Below are positions 63,201 to 64,000 of a stretch of 64,000 nucleotides of DNA, one piece after another (position 1 is the stretch's first letter; each line of letters opens with the position of its first letter). The notes under the pieces are model-generated. The model made no database searches. It was given only the letters and a program-made list of their open reading frames with translations, and was not told the origin of the DNA. The stretch is from contig NC_073381.1 in assembly GCF_028641065.1 (NCBI RefSeq), forward strand, positions 9,920,001 to 9,984,000. Reading direction: 5' to 3'. Position numbers and translations under genes: made by a program. Origin of the DNA: Leucoraja erinacea. Its lineage: Eukaryota.

Positions 63201-64000
63201 TATAAAAGATGAAATAGCCACATATTTGGATAGCATTAACAGGATCGGTCGTAGTCAGCATGTATTTACGAAGGGGAAATCATGCTTGACTAATCTTCTG
63301 GAATTTTTTGAGGATGTAACTAGGAAAATGGACAAGGGAGAGTCAGTGGATGTAGAGTTCCTGGACTTTCAGAATGCATTTGATAAGGTCCCACATAAGA
63401 GATTAATGGGCAAAAATAGGGCACATGGTTTTGTGGGTAGAGTGCAGACATGGATAGAAAATTGGTTGGCAGACGGGAAACAGAGTAGGGATTAACGCGT
63501 CCCTTTCAAAATGCAGGCAGTGACTAGTGGGGTACTGCAAGGCTCGGTGGTGGGACTCCAGCTATTTACAATATACATCAATGATTTGGATGAATGGATT
63601 CCAAGTAACATTAGCAAATTTGCAGATGACACAAAACTTGGTGGCAGTGTGAACTGTGAGGAGGATGCTATGAGAATGCAGGGCGACGTGGACAGGTTGA
63701 GGAAGTGGGCAGATGCATGGCAGACGAAGTTTAATGTGGATAAATGTGAGGTTATTCACTTTGGTATCAAAAACAGGAAGGCAGATTACTATCTAAACGG
63801 CATCAAGTTGGGAAAAGGGGAAGTACAACGGGATCTGGGAGTCTTTGTACATCAGTCCATGAAAGTAAGCATGCAGGTACAGTAGGCAGTTAAGAAAACA
63901 AATGGCATGTTGGCCTTTATAACAAGAGTCGTTGAGTATAGGAGCAAAGAGGTCCTTCTGCAGTTGTACAGAGCTCTAGTGAGACCACACCTGGAGTATT
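60205..64000 (+). mobile_element. Near full-length decayed CR1 LINE (ORF1 zinc finger plus SGNH esterase; ORF2 APE endonuclease plus RT), runs off the window
   Basis: SCRMW..YTCRNC, VVGDSIVRG, VGTND, DGLHL; GITETW, GGGV, SDHN, GPDGLHPRV, KFADDTKL; multiple stops and frameshifts. Confidence 0.95.
60830..61030 (+). mobile_element. CR1 3'-end fragment nested in CR1 ORF1
   Basis: CR1 tail sequence ending cctattgtct, flanked by ATTCT duplication; ORF1 resumes after it. Confidence 0.8.

Overview
Repeat-rich vertebrate genomic DNA, most likely a cartilaginous fish (skate/ray-type CR1, HE1/V-SINE and Penelope repeats; inferred, not looked up). The only host gene I can support is the 5' part of a FACIT-type collagen on the minus strand, most similar to COL19A1 but divergent. 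Seven phase-compatible GT-AG exons (58646 to 6245) encode an N-terminal thrombospondin/laminin-G (TSPN) domain, a linker and the first Gly-X-Y exon. The introns hold CR1, L2, Rex1/Babar, Vingi-like and Penelope retroelements, V-SINEs, two Tc1 relics, a tandem Helitron, two non-autonomous TIR elements and a probable LTR. The most notable signals are dispersed and palindromic hammerhead-ribozyme-core repeats, a TA-flanked TIR element carrying a tRNA-Met-like segment and long hairpins, a TIR element with a 7-bp TSD, and some probable assembly artefacts. I see no prokaryotic features and no clearly new biological system. Repeat boundaries are approximate unless TIRs or TSDs are given.
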